Origin: a virus | DNA length: 64,000 bases | Direction: 5' to 3' (one strand) | Virus record (IMG/VR): IMGVR_UViG_3300005329_000012 | Location: 1 to 64,000 of that record | Shown: one piece after another, positions 17,473 through 26,883 of the stretch | How the letters are laid out: every line of letters starts with the position of its first letter | Numbering within the stretch: position 1 is the first letter of the stretch | Translations under genes and position numbers: made by a program | Notes under the pieces: model-generated | The model's database searches: none | Told to the model about the DNA's origin: nothing | The model's input: the letters and a program-made list of their open reading frames with translations, nothing else

Positions 17473-19920
17473 GTGGCGCACCGCAAGTACGCAAGGTCGG
17501 AGGTACTCGGGGTCAAGTCGTCCGCCGAGCGGGCGGCGGCCCCGAGCCTCTCGGCCTTCTCGTCGTTCGACGACTACAAGACGGACGACGGCTTCCTGTA
17601 CGTGCGCGTGCGCGCGATCAGCTCGCGCGTCAACAAGAACCACGACGGCTGGCCCAGCGAGGAGCTGAGCAAGGCGTACCGGACGTTCGTCGGCAAGCCG
17701 ATCTTCGTCGACCACCACAACACGGACCCGAAGAAGGCCCGCGGCGTGGTCGTGGACGCGGCCCTGCACGTCGAGGACGACCTCGACAAGACGGCGAGCC
17801 TCGACCCGTACTACGCGTCGGCCCCCGAGAACCACCTGCCGCCCACCTGGATCGAGCTTCTGCTCGAAGTGGACGCCAAGCGGTACCCGAAGCTGGCGAA
17901 GGCGATCGTGGCGGGCGACATCGACGGCGTCTCCATGGGCGCCAACGTCGAGCGGAGCATCTGCTCGCACTGCGCGAACGTCGCGCGCTCGCCGGAGGAG
18001 TACTGCACCCACGTCCGGTCCAAGGGCGCGTACTTCGACTACTACGGCCCGGACGGCACCAAGACCTCGAAGAAGGCGTACGAGGACTGCTACGACATCG
18101 GCTTCTTCGAGCTGAGCTTCGTGTTCGACCCGGCCGACGAGACCGCGCTCAAGATCGACCACAAGATGGCCGCCAGGCGGCAGGCCATGGTGGACGTCTA
18201 CGCCGAGACCGACGGCCCGAGGACCGCGATGGCGAAGGTCGCCGCGGCCCTGGAGCCCGTCCCCGAGTGGGAGGGCGAGCCCGCCGAGCTGGGCGAGCCG
18301 TACAACCCCGAGAACCTCGCGGAGGCGCCCGCGGGCGACGACGAGGCCGCCACGGCGAGGGCCTGGAGGGTCGAGCAGTACATCCGCGCGGGCTACACGC
18401 CCGAGGAGGCCGAGGCCCTGGCCGACGCCACCGCCGGGCACCCCGGCCAGACCGGCGAGGGCAACGTCTACCCCGACGTCATGCGCACGATCGAGCAGGG
18501 CGCCACGCCGGACCAGGCCCGGAGGATCTGGGCCAGGACGCACGGCCTGGAGATCGACACCGCGGTCGCGGACGACGAGTTCCTCTGGAGCAAGACCGCC
18601 GAGCAGAACCCGCCGCCCCAGAGCGACATGACGACCGCCCCCGAGGACGTCGACACGCTCAGGCAGGACAAGACGTGCCCGATCTGCGGCTCGGACATGG
18701 AGGACGGCATCTGCGAGGTCTGCAACTACGAGGAGCCCCCGGAGGGCTTCGACAACCCGGACCTGGAGAAGGCGAAGGAGACCGACCTGCGCGAGGAGCA
18801 GCAGGCGGGCGAGGAGGCCCTCCAGCAGACGCAGGCCCAGACGCCCGGCGCCGCGACGCCCGGCGAGGGCTCGCAGATGGGTCCCGAGGGCGCGCCCGGC
18901 ATGACGCAGCCCATCCAGGCCAGCACAGCTTTCCCCGCCGCTGCGGACCCTGTAACTGATGACAAGACCTCCGAGCGCACCGCCGCCCGGACCAACACGC
19001 AGGAGAGGCCCATCCTCCCTGCGACTCGGAAGCTGACGGACAAGCCCAAGAACCCCAAGACGGTCAAGGACTCGAAGCAGCCGGTAGAGAGCAACCGAAA
19101 GGACAAGATGACAGAGACCACCCAGAAGGTTGCCGACGGAGCCACCCCCGTGGGGGAGGGCGTCCAGGCGGACAAGCGCGTGGACGTCGAGGGCGTGGGC
19201 GCCACCAGCCCGGACCCGCTGTCGGGAATCGAGCACCAGAACGTCGAGACCGAGACCGCCGACTTCACCGCGCCGAAGACCGACACGTGGTCCGGCGAGG
19301 AGGGCGACTCGCTCCAGAGCGCCGACGCCGTGACGTCGGACACCGGCGACTTCGCCACCGTCTCCTCCACCGAGAAGACGGCCGACGAGAAGACAGCCGA
19401 CATCGAGGTCATCGAGACCATCCCGTCGGGGAACGGCTTCCCCGACCACGACCCGTCCCACGTGGACCTGGAGGCCCTCCTGGCCGAGGAGGTCGGCGAC
19501 CGGACGGAGACCGACTCCACCGGCACGGCGTTCCGCTCCCTGGAGCAGGCCCCGGCCGTCACGAAGGGCGAGTCGGGCAACGACCTCGGGGGACCCGTGG
19601 GCGTCGCGCTCGCGAAGGCCCAGCTCCTCAAGGCCGTCAAGGTCGCGGAGGCGGAAGTGGACCTCGGGCTCATCGAGGCCGAGGCCAAGTTCGACCGCGT
19701 GGCCGAGCTGGAGGAGACCCCCGCGGAGGCGCTGGACGCCACCCTGGAAGCCCTCGCGAAGGTCAAGACGGCCGGACTCCGCAGGCCGAAGGCCGCCTCG
19801 CAGCGCACCGCCTCGGCGGGGCGCATGCCGAGCTTCCGCGCGCCGGGCGAGGGCTTCCTCGTCGAGGCCGCGGCCACCGACGCCGAGATCGACCGGCAGG
19901 TGGAGGACGCGATCTTCTAG
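17473..19920 (+). CDS. Capsid maturation protease fused to scaffold-like region
   Basis: NKNHDGW, FVDHHN, GVSMG, CSHC..CTH, FFELSFVFDPADETA; acidic C-terminal half; upstream of capsid genes. Confidence 0.85.
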   Translation: MAHRKYARSEVLGVKSSAERAAAPSLSAFSSFDDYKTDDGFLYVRVRAISSRVNKNHDGWPSEELSKAYRTFVGKPIFVDHHNTDPKKARGVVVDAALHVEDDLDKTASLDPYYASAPENHLPPTWIELLLEVDAKRYPKLAKAIVAGDIDGVSMGANVERSICSHCANVARSPEEYCTHVRSKGAYFDYYGPDGTKTSKKAYEDCYDIGFFELSFVFDPADETALKIDHKMAARRQAMVDVYAETDGPRTAMAKVAAALEPVPEWEGEPAELGEPYNPENLAEAPAGDDEAATARAWRVEQYIRAGYTPEEAEALADATAGHPGQTGEGNVYPDVMRTIEQGATPDQARRIWARTHGLEIDTAVADDEFLWSKTAEQNPPPQSDMTTAPEDVDTLRQDKTCPICGSDMEDGICEVCNYEEPPEGFDNPDLEKAKETDLREEQQAGEEALQQTQAQTPGAATPGEGSQMGPEGAPGMTQPIQASTAFPAAADPVTDDKTSERTAARTNTQERPILPATRKLTDKPKNPKTVKDSKQPVESNRKDKMTETTQKVADGATPVGEGVQADKRVDVEGVGATSPDPLSGIEHQNVETETADFTAPKTDTWSGEEGDSLQSADAVTSDTGDFATVSSTEKTADEKTADIEVIETIPSGNGFPDHDPSHVDLEALLAEEVGDRTETDSTGTAFRSLEQAPAVTKGESGNDLGGPVGVALAKAQLLKAVKVAEAEVDLGLIEAEAKFDRVAELEETPAEALDATLEALAKVKTAGLRRPKAASQRTASAGRMPSFRAPGEGFLVEAAATDAEIDRQVEDAIF

Positions 19921-19943
19921 ATCCGTCTGTTCATGACGAACTT

Positions 19944-19967
19944 CGAGGGGGCCGGGAGGCCCCCTCG
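19944..19967 (+). terminator. GC hairpin, terminator-like
   Basis: cgagggggcc-ggga-ggccccctcg; weak U tract. Confidence 0.6.
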
Positions 19968-20075
19968 TTGTCTGGCCAGAAGAACCGACTGTCCATGACC
20001 CTCTTTTTCCGGGGACGGCGACAGGTAAGGAATGCAAGCACCACCACCCCTGAGACCAAAGGACACACTGAAACC

Positions 20076-20624
20076 ATGCTCCGACTGACGAACCTGGCGA
20101 ACAAGTACCAGCGCCGGACGCTCAGGCCCCTGTACGCGCAGACGCAGGCTTACCCCTACGACGCGCAGCTGGACGCCTCGTTCGACCGCTCGGTCATGTT
20201 CGACTCCGCGACCCCTGCGGTTGCCGCCTCCAAGGCCGCAATCCTCCCGGGTCTCGTCGCGTCGAAGCTCGCCGGGGAGGTCGTGACCCTCTCGACTTCC
20301 GGCGCGGGCACCGACCGCGACTTCGGCCTGTTCGCCAACTTCGTTGGCGGCGAGCTGAGCGACATCCCCTCCGACTTCGACCGGGTTGGCGTCTGGCGCG
20401 GCGCTGGCGGCGTGTTCGAGGTCCTGGCCCCGGTCTTCTCCGACGCGGCTTCGCTCTCGACCATCGCTGGCCAGGAGGCTGGCGCGGCGGCGAACGAGGT
20501 CTACGGCATCGCCAACGCGAAGGGGCAGCTGGAGTTCTCGCAGGGCGCCTCCGACACCGAGGACACGGCGCGCCTCATCAAGTACCTGTCGGCCAACGCG
20601 ATCATCGTGGAGCTGCTGGTCTAG
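20076..20624 (+). CDS. Capsid decoration/minor capsid protein
   Basis: RTLRPLYAQTQA, ILPGLV, FGLFANF, VGVW; directly upstream of MCP. Confidence 0.75.
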   Translation: MLRLTNLANKYQRRTLRPLYAQTQAYPYDAQLDASFDRSVMFDSATPAVAASKAAILPGLVASKLAGEVVTLSTSGAGTDRDFGLFANFVGGELSDIPSDFDRVGVWRGAGGVFEVLAPVFSDAASLSTIAGQEAGAAANEVYGIANAKGQLEFSQGASDTEDTARLIKYLSANAIIVELLV

Positions 20625-20661
20625 GGCTTCCTGAGCCAACGACCACAGAAAGAGACAGAAG

Positions 20662-21717
20662 ATGACTCTCACAGCACGCACCGCGAAGTCCTCCGAGGAC
20701 TACGTCGAGAAGCTCGCCTCGCTGCCGAAGCTCACCAAGGCCGAGAAGCAGCAGCGCCTCGCGACGATCCTCGCCGACAAGGCCAGCGGCATGCACCGCC
20801 TCGGCCAGGGCATGATCGGCCCCATCCAGATCCGCCTGCGGTACGAGGGCATGGTCCGCAACGTCCTCCTGGAGGACACGCTGGAGCGCGGCCCGCTCAT
20901 GCCGTACGACATCCTCGACGACCTGGGAATGGCCTACATCCTGAACTCCACGGATGCCGAGGTCAAGATCCAGATGTTCGAGGGCAAGCAGGCGTTCCCC
21001 GCCCTGTTCCGCATCGCGTCGTTCCCGAAGATCCGCAAGGAGGATCTGTACTACCTTCGGGTCAACGCCGTCGAGTACGCGCAGGACGAGTCCCGCCAGG
21101 CCATCCAGAAGCAGGAGGACTACAAGCTCATCCAGCTCCTGGAGACCGCGATCGTCGAGCATGGCGCTGCCGGGCAGACCCCGGTCGGCGGCATCGCGAC
21201 GGGCATCTCGGCCGGTCCTTCCACGGACCTCACCGAGAAGACCGTCCTCGTCGGCGCGAACAACCCGCTGGAGCCGGTGGACTTCTACAGCGCGGTCTCG
21301 ATGATCGAGATCGAGCAGCTGGAGGCGTCCAGGGTTCTCGCTCACCCGCAGGACATCCGCGACCTCTACACCTGGGACATCAACGTCACGGGCTGGAGCT
21401 TCAAGGACAAGGTCTTCGCGGGCGAGAAGATCACCAGCTTCGGTGAGTTCCAGGTCCAGAAGTCGGTCATGGTCCCGCAGGGCGAGACCTTCCTGACCGC
21501 GGACCCGGAGTTCGTGGGCGTCTTCCCGGTGATGTACTCCCTCGACGTCGAGGAGAACCACCAGGTCGAGCAGTTCCACAAGGGCTGGGTCATGGACGAG
21601 CTGGTCGGCATGATGATCCTGAACGCCAGGGGCATCGCGCGAGTCCGCAAGGACGACGACAACAGCCCGGACAGCGGCATCGTCACCAACATCGCGGAGC
21701 GCGGCCTCTACACCTAG
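20662..21717 (+). CDS. Major capsid protein
   Basis: LGQGMIGPIQIRLRYEG, FRIASFPKI, AIQKQED, GWVMDE; size, position, strong terminator after. Confidence 0.9.
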   Translation: MTLTARTAKSSEDYVEKLASLPKLTKAEKQQRLATILADKASGMHRLGQGMIGPIQIRLRYEGMVRNVLLEDTLERGPLMPYDILDDLGMAYILNSTDAEVKIQMFEGKQAFPALFRIASFPKIRKEDLYYLRVNAVEYAQDESRQAIQKQEDYKLIQLLETAIVEHGAAGQTPVGGIATGISAGPSTDLTEKTVLVGANNPLEPVDFYSAVSMIEIEQLEASRVLAHPQDIRDLYTWDINVTGWSFKDKVFAGEKITSFGEFQVQKSVMVPQGETFLTADPEFVGVFPVMYSLDVEENHQVEQFHKGWVMDELVGMMILNARGIARVRKDDDNSPDSGIVTNIAERGLYT

Positions 21718-21745
21718 GCCCCGCGCCTCACCCCCAACAGGTGCC

Positions 21746-21775
21746 GAAGGCCCCCGCAAGGGGGCCTTCTTCTTT
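21746..21775 (+). terminator. Intrinsic terminator after MCP
   Basis: gaaggccccc-gcaa-gggggccttc then ttcttt. Confidence 0.85.
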
Positions 21776-21790
21776 GGCCGAATAGCAAGC

Positions 21791-22168
21791 ATGGAACCCG
21801 AAGCGAAGCAGACCGACTACGCGCCCGTGGCGCTCGTCCTCGGGCTCGCGCTCGTGGGCCTGCTGGCGGTCACGGCGGTCCTCGGCTGGGCGCTGCTGGC
21901 CCAGGACCCGGAGGTCAGGACCGTCGTCAAGACGGTGCAGGCCAAGCCCAAGCCCGGGAGCGTCCTGATCGGCCTCCCGCGCCGGGCCGACTTCGACAGC
22001 GTGCAGGCCAACCCGGCGGTCCCGTTCGCCATCGTCTGCACGGCGTACTCGAACCGGCCGACCCAGGCCACGACCGGCCCGGACACCTACACCAAGAAGA
22101 TGATCGGCTTCCGGGTCGTCACCGACTGCGTGACGGTGCCCGCGGACCCGAAGGCGCCGAAGTCCTGA
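21791..22168 (+). CDS. Membrane-anchored protein
   Basis: N-terminal TM helix, Cys pair. Confidence 0.7.
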   Translation: MEPEAKQTDYAPVALVLGLALVGLLAVTAVLGWALLAQDPEVRTVVKTVQAKPKPGSVLIGLPRRADFDSVQANPAVPFAIVCTAYSNRPTQATTGPDTYTKKMIGFRVVTDCVTVPADPKAPKS

Positions 22169-22174
22169 CAAGCG

Positions 22175-22196
22175 GAGGGGGCCTCCCGGCCCCCTC
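22175..22196. terminator. GC hairpin, inverted copy of the 19944 hairpin
   Basis: gagggggcc-tccc-ggccccctc. Confidence 0.6.
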
Positions 22197-22348
22197 GCTA
22201 GATCCGGCCACCTCCTTTCGTTCCGAAGGCTGTGTCCTCGCACATTATGCGCTTGGGCGCGGGAAAACACAGGGCTGCGCCCGAATAAGGTACGCAGCAC
22301 CGGCCCGGGGCAATCACGCCCCGGTAGAGCAGCCCAAGGAGGCTAGCT

Positions 22349-23011
22349 ATGACAGAAAGGCAGAGGGGCAAGGGCGGCAAGTTCGTCGCCAAGGAGGCCC
22401 CGGCCCAGGCAGAGCAGGTCGACGCCGCCGAGCTGGCGGAGTTCCGCGCGTGGCAGGAGAGCCAGAAGGCGGGCGCCGTGGAGACGGAGAAGGCCCCCGA
22501 GGTCCCCGAGGCCGAGCAGGTCGAGACCGGGGGTCGGCAGGCCAAGACGATCCGCAACCTCACGAACGCGCTGGTCCACCTGCGCCTGCACGGCGCGGAC
22601 ATGGAGAAGCCGTACAGGATCGAGCTGGCGCAGCGCGGCAGGCGCGGCGACTGGGCGACGGTCCCGGCCAAGCTCACCGCGAGCGGCACGTTCATCTCGG
22701 GCGCCGACAGGCTGTTCGAGATCATCCCGCTCAGCGAGGCGCGGGCGATCCAGTACGGACCGAGGCCCGGCTCGTCCGACCAGCCGGTCACGGTGGTCAG
22801 GCACGACGAGCACATCGTCAGCCGCCGGGCCAACTGGGACGGCCAGGGCAAGGCCCCGGCCCAGGAGCGCGGCGGCGGGGCGGGACCGCAGCTCGTGGAC
22901 GCCCTCGGGGCGGACGCGGACGTGCACGCGAACATCCGCGCGGGCGAGTCGGCCCTGCCGGACGGCGCCTTCCCGACGAAGGTGACGACCGAGCGCGTCA
23001 GGGAGGGCTAG
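22349..23011 (+). CDS. Hypothetical protein
   Basis: SD aaggagg; ORF track. Confidence 0.75.
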   Translation: MTERQRGKGGKFVAKEAPAQAEQVDAAELAEFRAWQESQKAGAVETEKAPEVPEAEQVETGGRQAKTIRNLTNALVHLRLHGADMEKPYRIELAQRGRRGDWATVPAKLTASGTFISGADRLFEIIPLSEARAIQYGPRPGSSDQPVTVVRHDEHIVSRRANWDGQGKAPAQERGGGAGPQLVDALGADADVHANIRAGESALPDGAFPTKVTTERVREG

Positions 23012-23043
23012 CAAAGCGGGGCGGTCCTCGCGCGTAAATGGCG

Positions 23044-23937
23044 ATGGCCGTCCCCTTCTACCCCTGCAAGACCGGCACGAAGGGTCCTCACGTCGAGGGC
23101 TACGGGCGCGCGATGGCGCGCGCGCTGGAGAAGCTCCCCTGGTGGAAGCGGGTCCCGGTCAAGCGCCGCTGGGGCTGGTGGCACCGGCACCTGGCGAACG
23201 AGCTGAAGAAGGGCGAGGGCTGGAAGCAGGACGGCGCATACGACAAGAAGCTGCACGCGCTCCTGCTCGACCACGGCGCCTTCGACGCCTACGCCGAGGC
23301 GCTGGTCCGGCAGCACCACCCGGCCAAGCCGAAGCCCAAGCCGAAGCCGCCGGTCGGCGACGACCTCTCCCGCGTCAAGGCCGCCCTCGTGGCGTTCTGC
23401 CGCACCGGCCTGGCGCACCCCTGGAACTGGAACTACACGCAGAACCGCCCGGTGGACGTCACCGTCGACCCCGCGGGGCACGTGAACTCGGACTGCTCGG
23501 GCTCGATCATCCAGGCGTTCCGCTGGGCGCGCGACAAGACCGGCGTCAACTTCCGCGACCCGGGCGGCTTCAACTGGAGCGGCTACGGGAACACGAACTG
23601 GTACCTCAGGAGCCACCCGCGCGTCAGCGGCCAGTACTTCGTGGGCGACTGCGCCTTCTACGGGCACGGCTCGACCACGACGCACGTGACGATGTGCATC
23701 CGGGCGGGCGACGCGCGGACCTCGCGCTGGTGGAGCTTCGGCTCCGAGCCGCCGCAGGAGCGCGCGCTCTACTACCGCACGGACTTCATGTTCGTGGTCA
23801 GGCCCCTCGCCGACATCGGCGTGGTCCGCAGGGCGATCAACGTCGTCCGCGGCCTGTTCTCCGTGGCGGCCGAGCCGCCCCCGGAGGCGTTCCTGGGCGA
23901 CCCGGGCGACGGCGAAGCGGCACCGCCCGCGGAGTAG
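23044..23937 (+). CDS. Endolysin (PG-binding-like N-terminus, NlpC/P60 peptidase)
   Basis: SDCSG...GD...HV; KP linker; start placed at second ATG from promoter spacing. Confidence 0.8.
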   Translation: MAVPFYPCKTGTKGPHVEGYGRAMARALEKLPWWKRVPVKRRWGWWHRHLANELKKGEGWKQDGAYDKKLHALLLDHGAFDAYAEALVRQHHPAKPKPKPKPPVGDDLSRVKAALVAFCRTGLAHPWNWNYTQNRPVDVTVDPAGHVNSDCSGSIIQAFRWARDKTGVNFRDPGGFNWSGYGNTNWYLRSHPRVSGQYFVGDCAFYGHGSTTTHVTMCIRAGDARTSRWWSFGSEPPQERALYYRTDFMFVVRPLADIGVVRRAINVVRGLFSVAAEPPPEAFLGDPGDGEAAPPAE

Positions 23938-24041
23938 CCCCTCCCTGGCCCCCTCTGGCCCCCTCTGGGCCGCCGCGGGCTCGCCCGGGCGGTTTCATCC
24001 AGGCGGACCCGCGGGGCCAGAGGTTGCCACTCAGGCCCGCG

Positions 24042-24446
24042 CTACCAGGCGAGCCCGCCCGACGGCCTGCACTGCCACGGCGACCAGTCCCGGCCGCTCG
24101 CGACGAAGTAGCGGTGCGCGGCGCGGGCCTGGGCGTACGCGCCCCTGCCGTGGCCGTACCTCGCCCTCTCGGACCGCCCCATCTGGAAGATCCCGAGGTA
24201 CTGGCCGTTGCTGGCCCACGTCCTGAGGTTGCTCTCGCACCTGGCGACGCGGACGGCCTCCGGGCCGTACCTCGGCCCGAACACGTCCATGATCGCTCTC
24301 CGCACCTGCTGCTGTCCTGCCTGCGCGCTGTCGTAGCCTGCCGCGGCGCCCAGCGCGAGCGCCGCCATCGTGACCGTGATGAATCTCCTCATACGCGCTT
24401 CCGGCCCTTCCCGCCGCTCGCTGTCGGCGCCTGGGGCCGGGGGCAT
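24042..24446 (-). CDS. Secreted lysozyme-like/transglycosylase protein
   Basis: Signal-like segment, VARCES, YLGIFQM, WSPWQC; SD aggagg. Confidence 0.8.
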   Translation of the reverse strand: MPPAPGADSERREGPEARMRRFITVTMAALALGAAAGYDSAQAGQQQVRRAIMDVFGPRYGPEAVRVARCESNLRTWASNGQYLGIFQMGRSERARYGHGRGAYAQARAAHRYFVASGRDWSPWQCRPSGGLAW

Positions 24447-24532
24447 CTGCCCGTCCTCCTTCTGTACGTAGCGAGGCCCCGGCGAACCGGGGCCTCTGGT
24501 CTACGTGTTATGTTGCCGGTCGGCGCGGGGAC

Positions 24533-24940
24533 CTAGCTGTACGCGTCCAGGTACGACGTCGCCAGGTTGACCTTGGCGATCCCGAGCCGGGTGTACGCCG
24601 TGGCCGCCGCGTAGCTGCCCGACCTGGCGTAGGTGAACGCCGTGGCGTAGGCCGCGAGGCCCTGGCGGTAGGCGGTCGCCGCCTTGCGGAGCACCGTCGC
24701 GCACGGGGCGGGCGCCGACTGGATCACGACCAGCGCGCTGACGACCTTGGCCCTGGCGGGCGACCAGAGGTCGGCCTGGGCCAGGCCGATCCCGGACGAG
24801 GCCAGCTTGTTCGCCTTGATCAGCGCGTTGATGGAGCCGAGGTTGGAGCAGGCGCTCCGGGACTGCGCGGCGGGCGCGGCCTGGGCCGTGGGGACCGCCA
24901 GCGCGGCGGCGAGCGCCGCCAGTACGATGAGCTTCTTCAT
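24533..24940 (-). CDS. Secreted helical protein
   Basis: MKKLIVLAALAAALAVPTAQA signal peptide; Cys pair. Confidence 0.75.
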   Translation of the reverse strand: MKKLIVLAALAAALAVPTAQAAPAAQSRSACSNLGSINALIKANKLASSGIGLAQADLWSPARAKVVSALVVIQSAPAPCATVLRKAATAYRQGLAAYATAFTYARSGSYAAATAYTRLGIAKVNLATSYLDAYS

Positions 24941-24942
24941 GC

Positions 24943-25215
24943 CTATCCTTTCTCGCAGGCCCAGCCGTCCTTGTCGGCGTCGAGCCTCCTGTTGTACTTC
25001 ATGGCCAGGGCGTACGCCCTGCTCCCGCGCTTGACCCCGTTCGGGTACTTCCTCGTGAGGGACGCGCAGTTCTTGTAGAGGGACGGGCCGGTCGCAGCCT
25101 GGGCCGTGTCGGTCAGCCACAGCGCGAGCAGCGTCATCAGGGTGCCGACGACGTAGCCCGCGATCAGGCCGACTCGGACAGAGAGCGACATGAGGCGGTG
25201 CTCCCGGTCGGTCAC
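24943..25215 (-). CDS. Excalibur calcium-binding domain membrane protein
   Basis: TM helix, YKNC...YNRRLDADKDGWACE. Confidence 0.85.
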   Translation of the reverse strand: MTDREHRLMSLSVRVGLIAGYVVGTLMTLLALWLTDTAQAATGPSLYKNCASLTRKYPNGVKRGSRAYALAMKYNRRLDADKDGWACEKG

Positions 25216-25502
25216 GCCGGGACCTTCGGCGGGATGATCTCGCCCGTGTAGAGGAACACCGACGCGATGACCACGCGGTCGGCGATCGCGGCCTCGACGT
25301 CGAAGTCGTCGTCGTCCGCGCCCTCGGCGTACGCCTCGACGCCCCACTCGGCGTTGGCCCACATGCCCGCGAGCATCTGGCTGTCCTGCCGGTCGATGCA
25401 GTCGGTGATGTTGTGGAGCCCGTAGGCGTTCCACGCGTCGAACCGGCCCTCGGCCGCCTCCAGCGCCGCCCACTGCTCCTCGGTCAGGATGAAGTCGCTC
25501 AC
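25212..25502 (-). CDS. Small acidic protein
   Basis: GTGA overlaps; 3' part of ORF 25212..26489. Confidence 0.7.
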   Translation of the reverse strand: MSDFILTEEQWAALEAAEGRFDAWNAYGLHNITDCIDRQDSQMLAGMWANAEWGVEAYAEGADDDDFDVEAAIADRVVIASVFLYTGEIIPPKVPA

Positions 25503-26833
25503 GCGGTTGCCTCCTCGGCCAGCTTCGGCCTGTTGATGGTGGTCTCCTTGACGCCCTTGTACTCGCCGTGGCCCTTGACGGTCCACTTGCCGGTGACGGT
25601 CGCGCCGACCTCCAGCGAGTAGGAGCCGAACCACTTGAAGACGTTGCCGTCGGCGTCCTTGAGCTTCGTGATGAAGGTGGTGCCGTAGTCGCCGGGGTGC
25701 TCGAAGACCGAGGCGACGGTCAGGGTCAGCTCCAGCCGGTCCTTGGGCTGGCCGACGTGCTCGCTCGCGGCGTCGTCCTTCGCGCGCTCGGCCCGCTCGA
25801 CCTCGCGCTCCAGGAAGCGCGTGTGGGCGACGGGGAGGTAGGCGAGGACGCCGAGGCCGCGCGACGGGGCGAAGTCCCCGGCGCAGGCGACGAGCATGTT
25901 GTGGTCGAAGTCGCTGGCCTTGCCCTCGTCCACGAGGCGGGCGAAGTGCTCGCGGCCCCAGGCCAGCGCCTCGGCCGCGCGCTCGCCGTCCGCGGGGACC
26001 AGCTCGAAGTAGAGCGGCTTGCCGTCCCACGTCTTGCCGTAGTCCTCCCAGTTCTGGAGCGCCTGCGCCTTCGTGGCGGGGTGGTTCGGGTTGTAGTCGC
26101 TCGCGGCGACCCAGCCGACGGTGCGGAGGCACCCGGCGACGTGCGCGAGGAACTCCTCGGTGCCGACCTGCTGCTTCGCGCGCGGGCCGTAGGACTCCTC
26201 CTCGGAGAGCGCCTCGGTCGCGTCGCTGATGTAGGTGAGCCAGCGGGCGATGTCGTGGGGGTCGGCGCCCAGGAAGTCGCGGAGGCAGTTGGCGCCCACC
26301 TGCTTGATCTCGCCGCCCGCGCGGGAGACGAGGTAGGTCTTCGCGCGGTCGCGGTCGAGGTTGCAGTGGTCGCAGCGCGTCGCGGTCTCCACCTTCGCGA
26401 AGGACTGGAGGTTGAGCGCGTCCGCGGCGGGCGTCTTGCTGATCATGACGCCGCCCGGCTCGACCGTGAGGGTGGCGACGAACGTCCACCCCTCCAGGAC
26501 GACCGTCTCGGCGTCGAGGACGAAGTAGTAGTACTTGGACTTCGCGGGCGGGACGTAGCCCAGCTCGACCGCGGCGATCATCGGGTCGATCGTCCGCTCG
26601 ACGACCTCGACCTCGTTGTCCACGCGGTAGCTGACCTTCCCGGCCTTGAGCTTCGCGGCCCGCTTCGCGAGCTTGTCGAGCTTCTCGCGGAGCGACTCGG
26701 CGTTGCCCGCGGGGATGCGGTAGACGACGCCGCCGACGGCGGACTGTGCCTCGCGCACCTGCAACGCGAGCGCCTCGTTCTCGGGCGCGTCGCGGAGGGC
26801 GAGTTGGAGCTGGTGTACCTCTCTCGCTGTCAT
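25499..26833 (-). CDS. Conserved-type phage protein with Zn finger and C-terminal OB-fold
   Basis: RCDHC...QVGANC; HVG...LTV...YG...G.VK.H.EY.GVKET; leaderless after TACACT. Confidence 0.7.
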   Translation of the reverse strand: MTAREVHQLQLALRDAPENEALALQVREAQSAVGGVVYRIPAGNAESLREKLDKLAKRAAKLKAGKVSYRVDNEVEVVERTIDPMIAAVELGYVPPAKSKYYYFVLDAETVVLEGWTFVATLTVEPGGVMISKTPAADALNLQSFAKVETATRCDHCNLDRDRAKTYLVSRAGGEIKQVGANCLRDFLGADPHDIARWLTYISDATEALSEEESYGPRAKQQVGTEEFLAHVAGCLRTVGWVAASDYNPNHPATKAQALQNWEDYGKTWDGKPLYFELVPADGERAAEALAWGREHFARLVDEGKASDFDHNMLVACAGDFAPSRGLGVLAYLPVAHTRFLEREVERAERAKDDAASEHVGQPKDRLELTLTVASVFEHPGDYGTTFITKLKDADGNVFKWFGSYSLEVGATVTGKWTVKGHGEYKGVKETTINRPKLAEEATA

Positions 26834-26869
26834 TGACCTAAGTGTAGCCGCCGCTGGAGCCCGCCGCCT

Positions 26870-26883
26870 CCCCCGTTTGGGGG
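26870..26883. promoter_or_regulatory. Operator-like inverted repeat CCCCC-GTTT-GGGGG
   Basis: Identical 14-mer at 59504-59517; both lie just upstream of -10 boxes. Confidence 0.5.

Noticed and set aside
23936-23970. Short GGCCCCCTCT tandem after the endolysin
   Set aside because: Only about 2.5 imperfect copies; too little to assign a function
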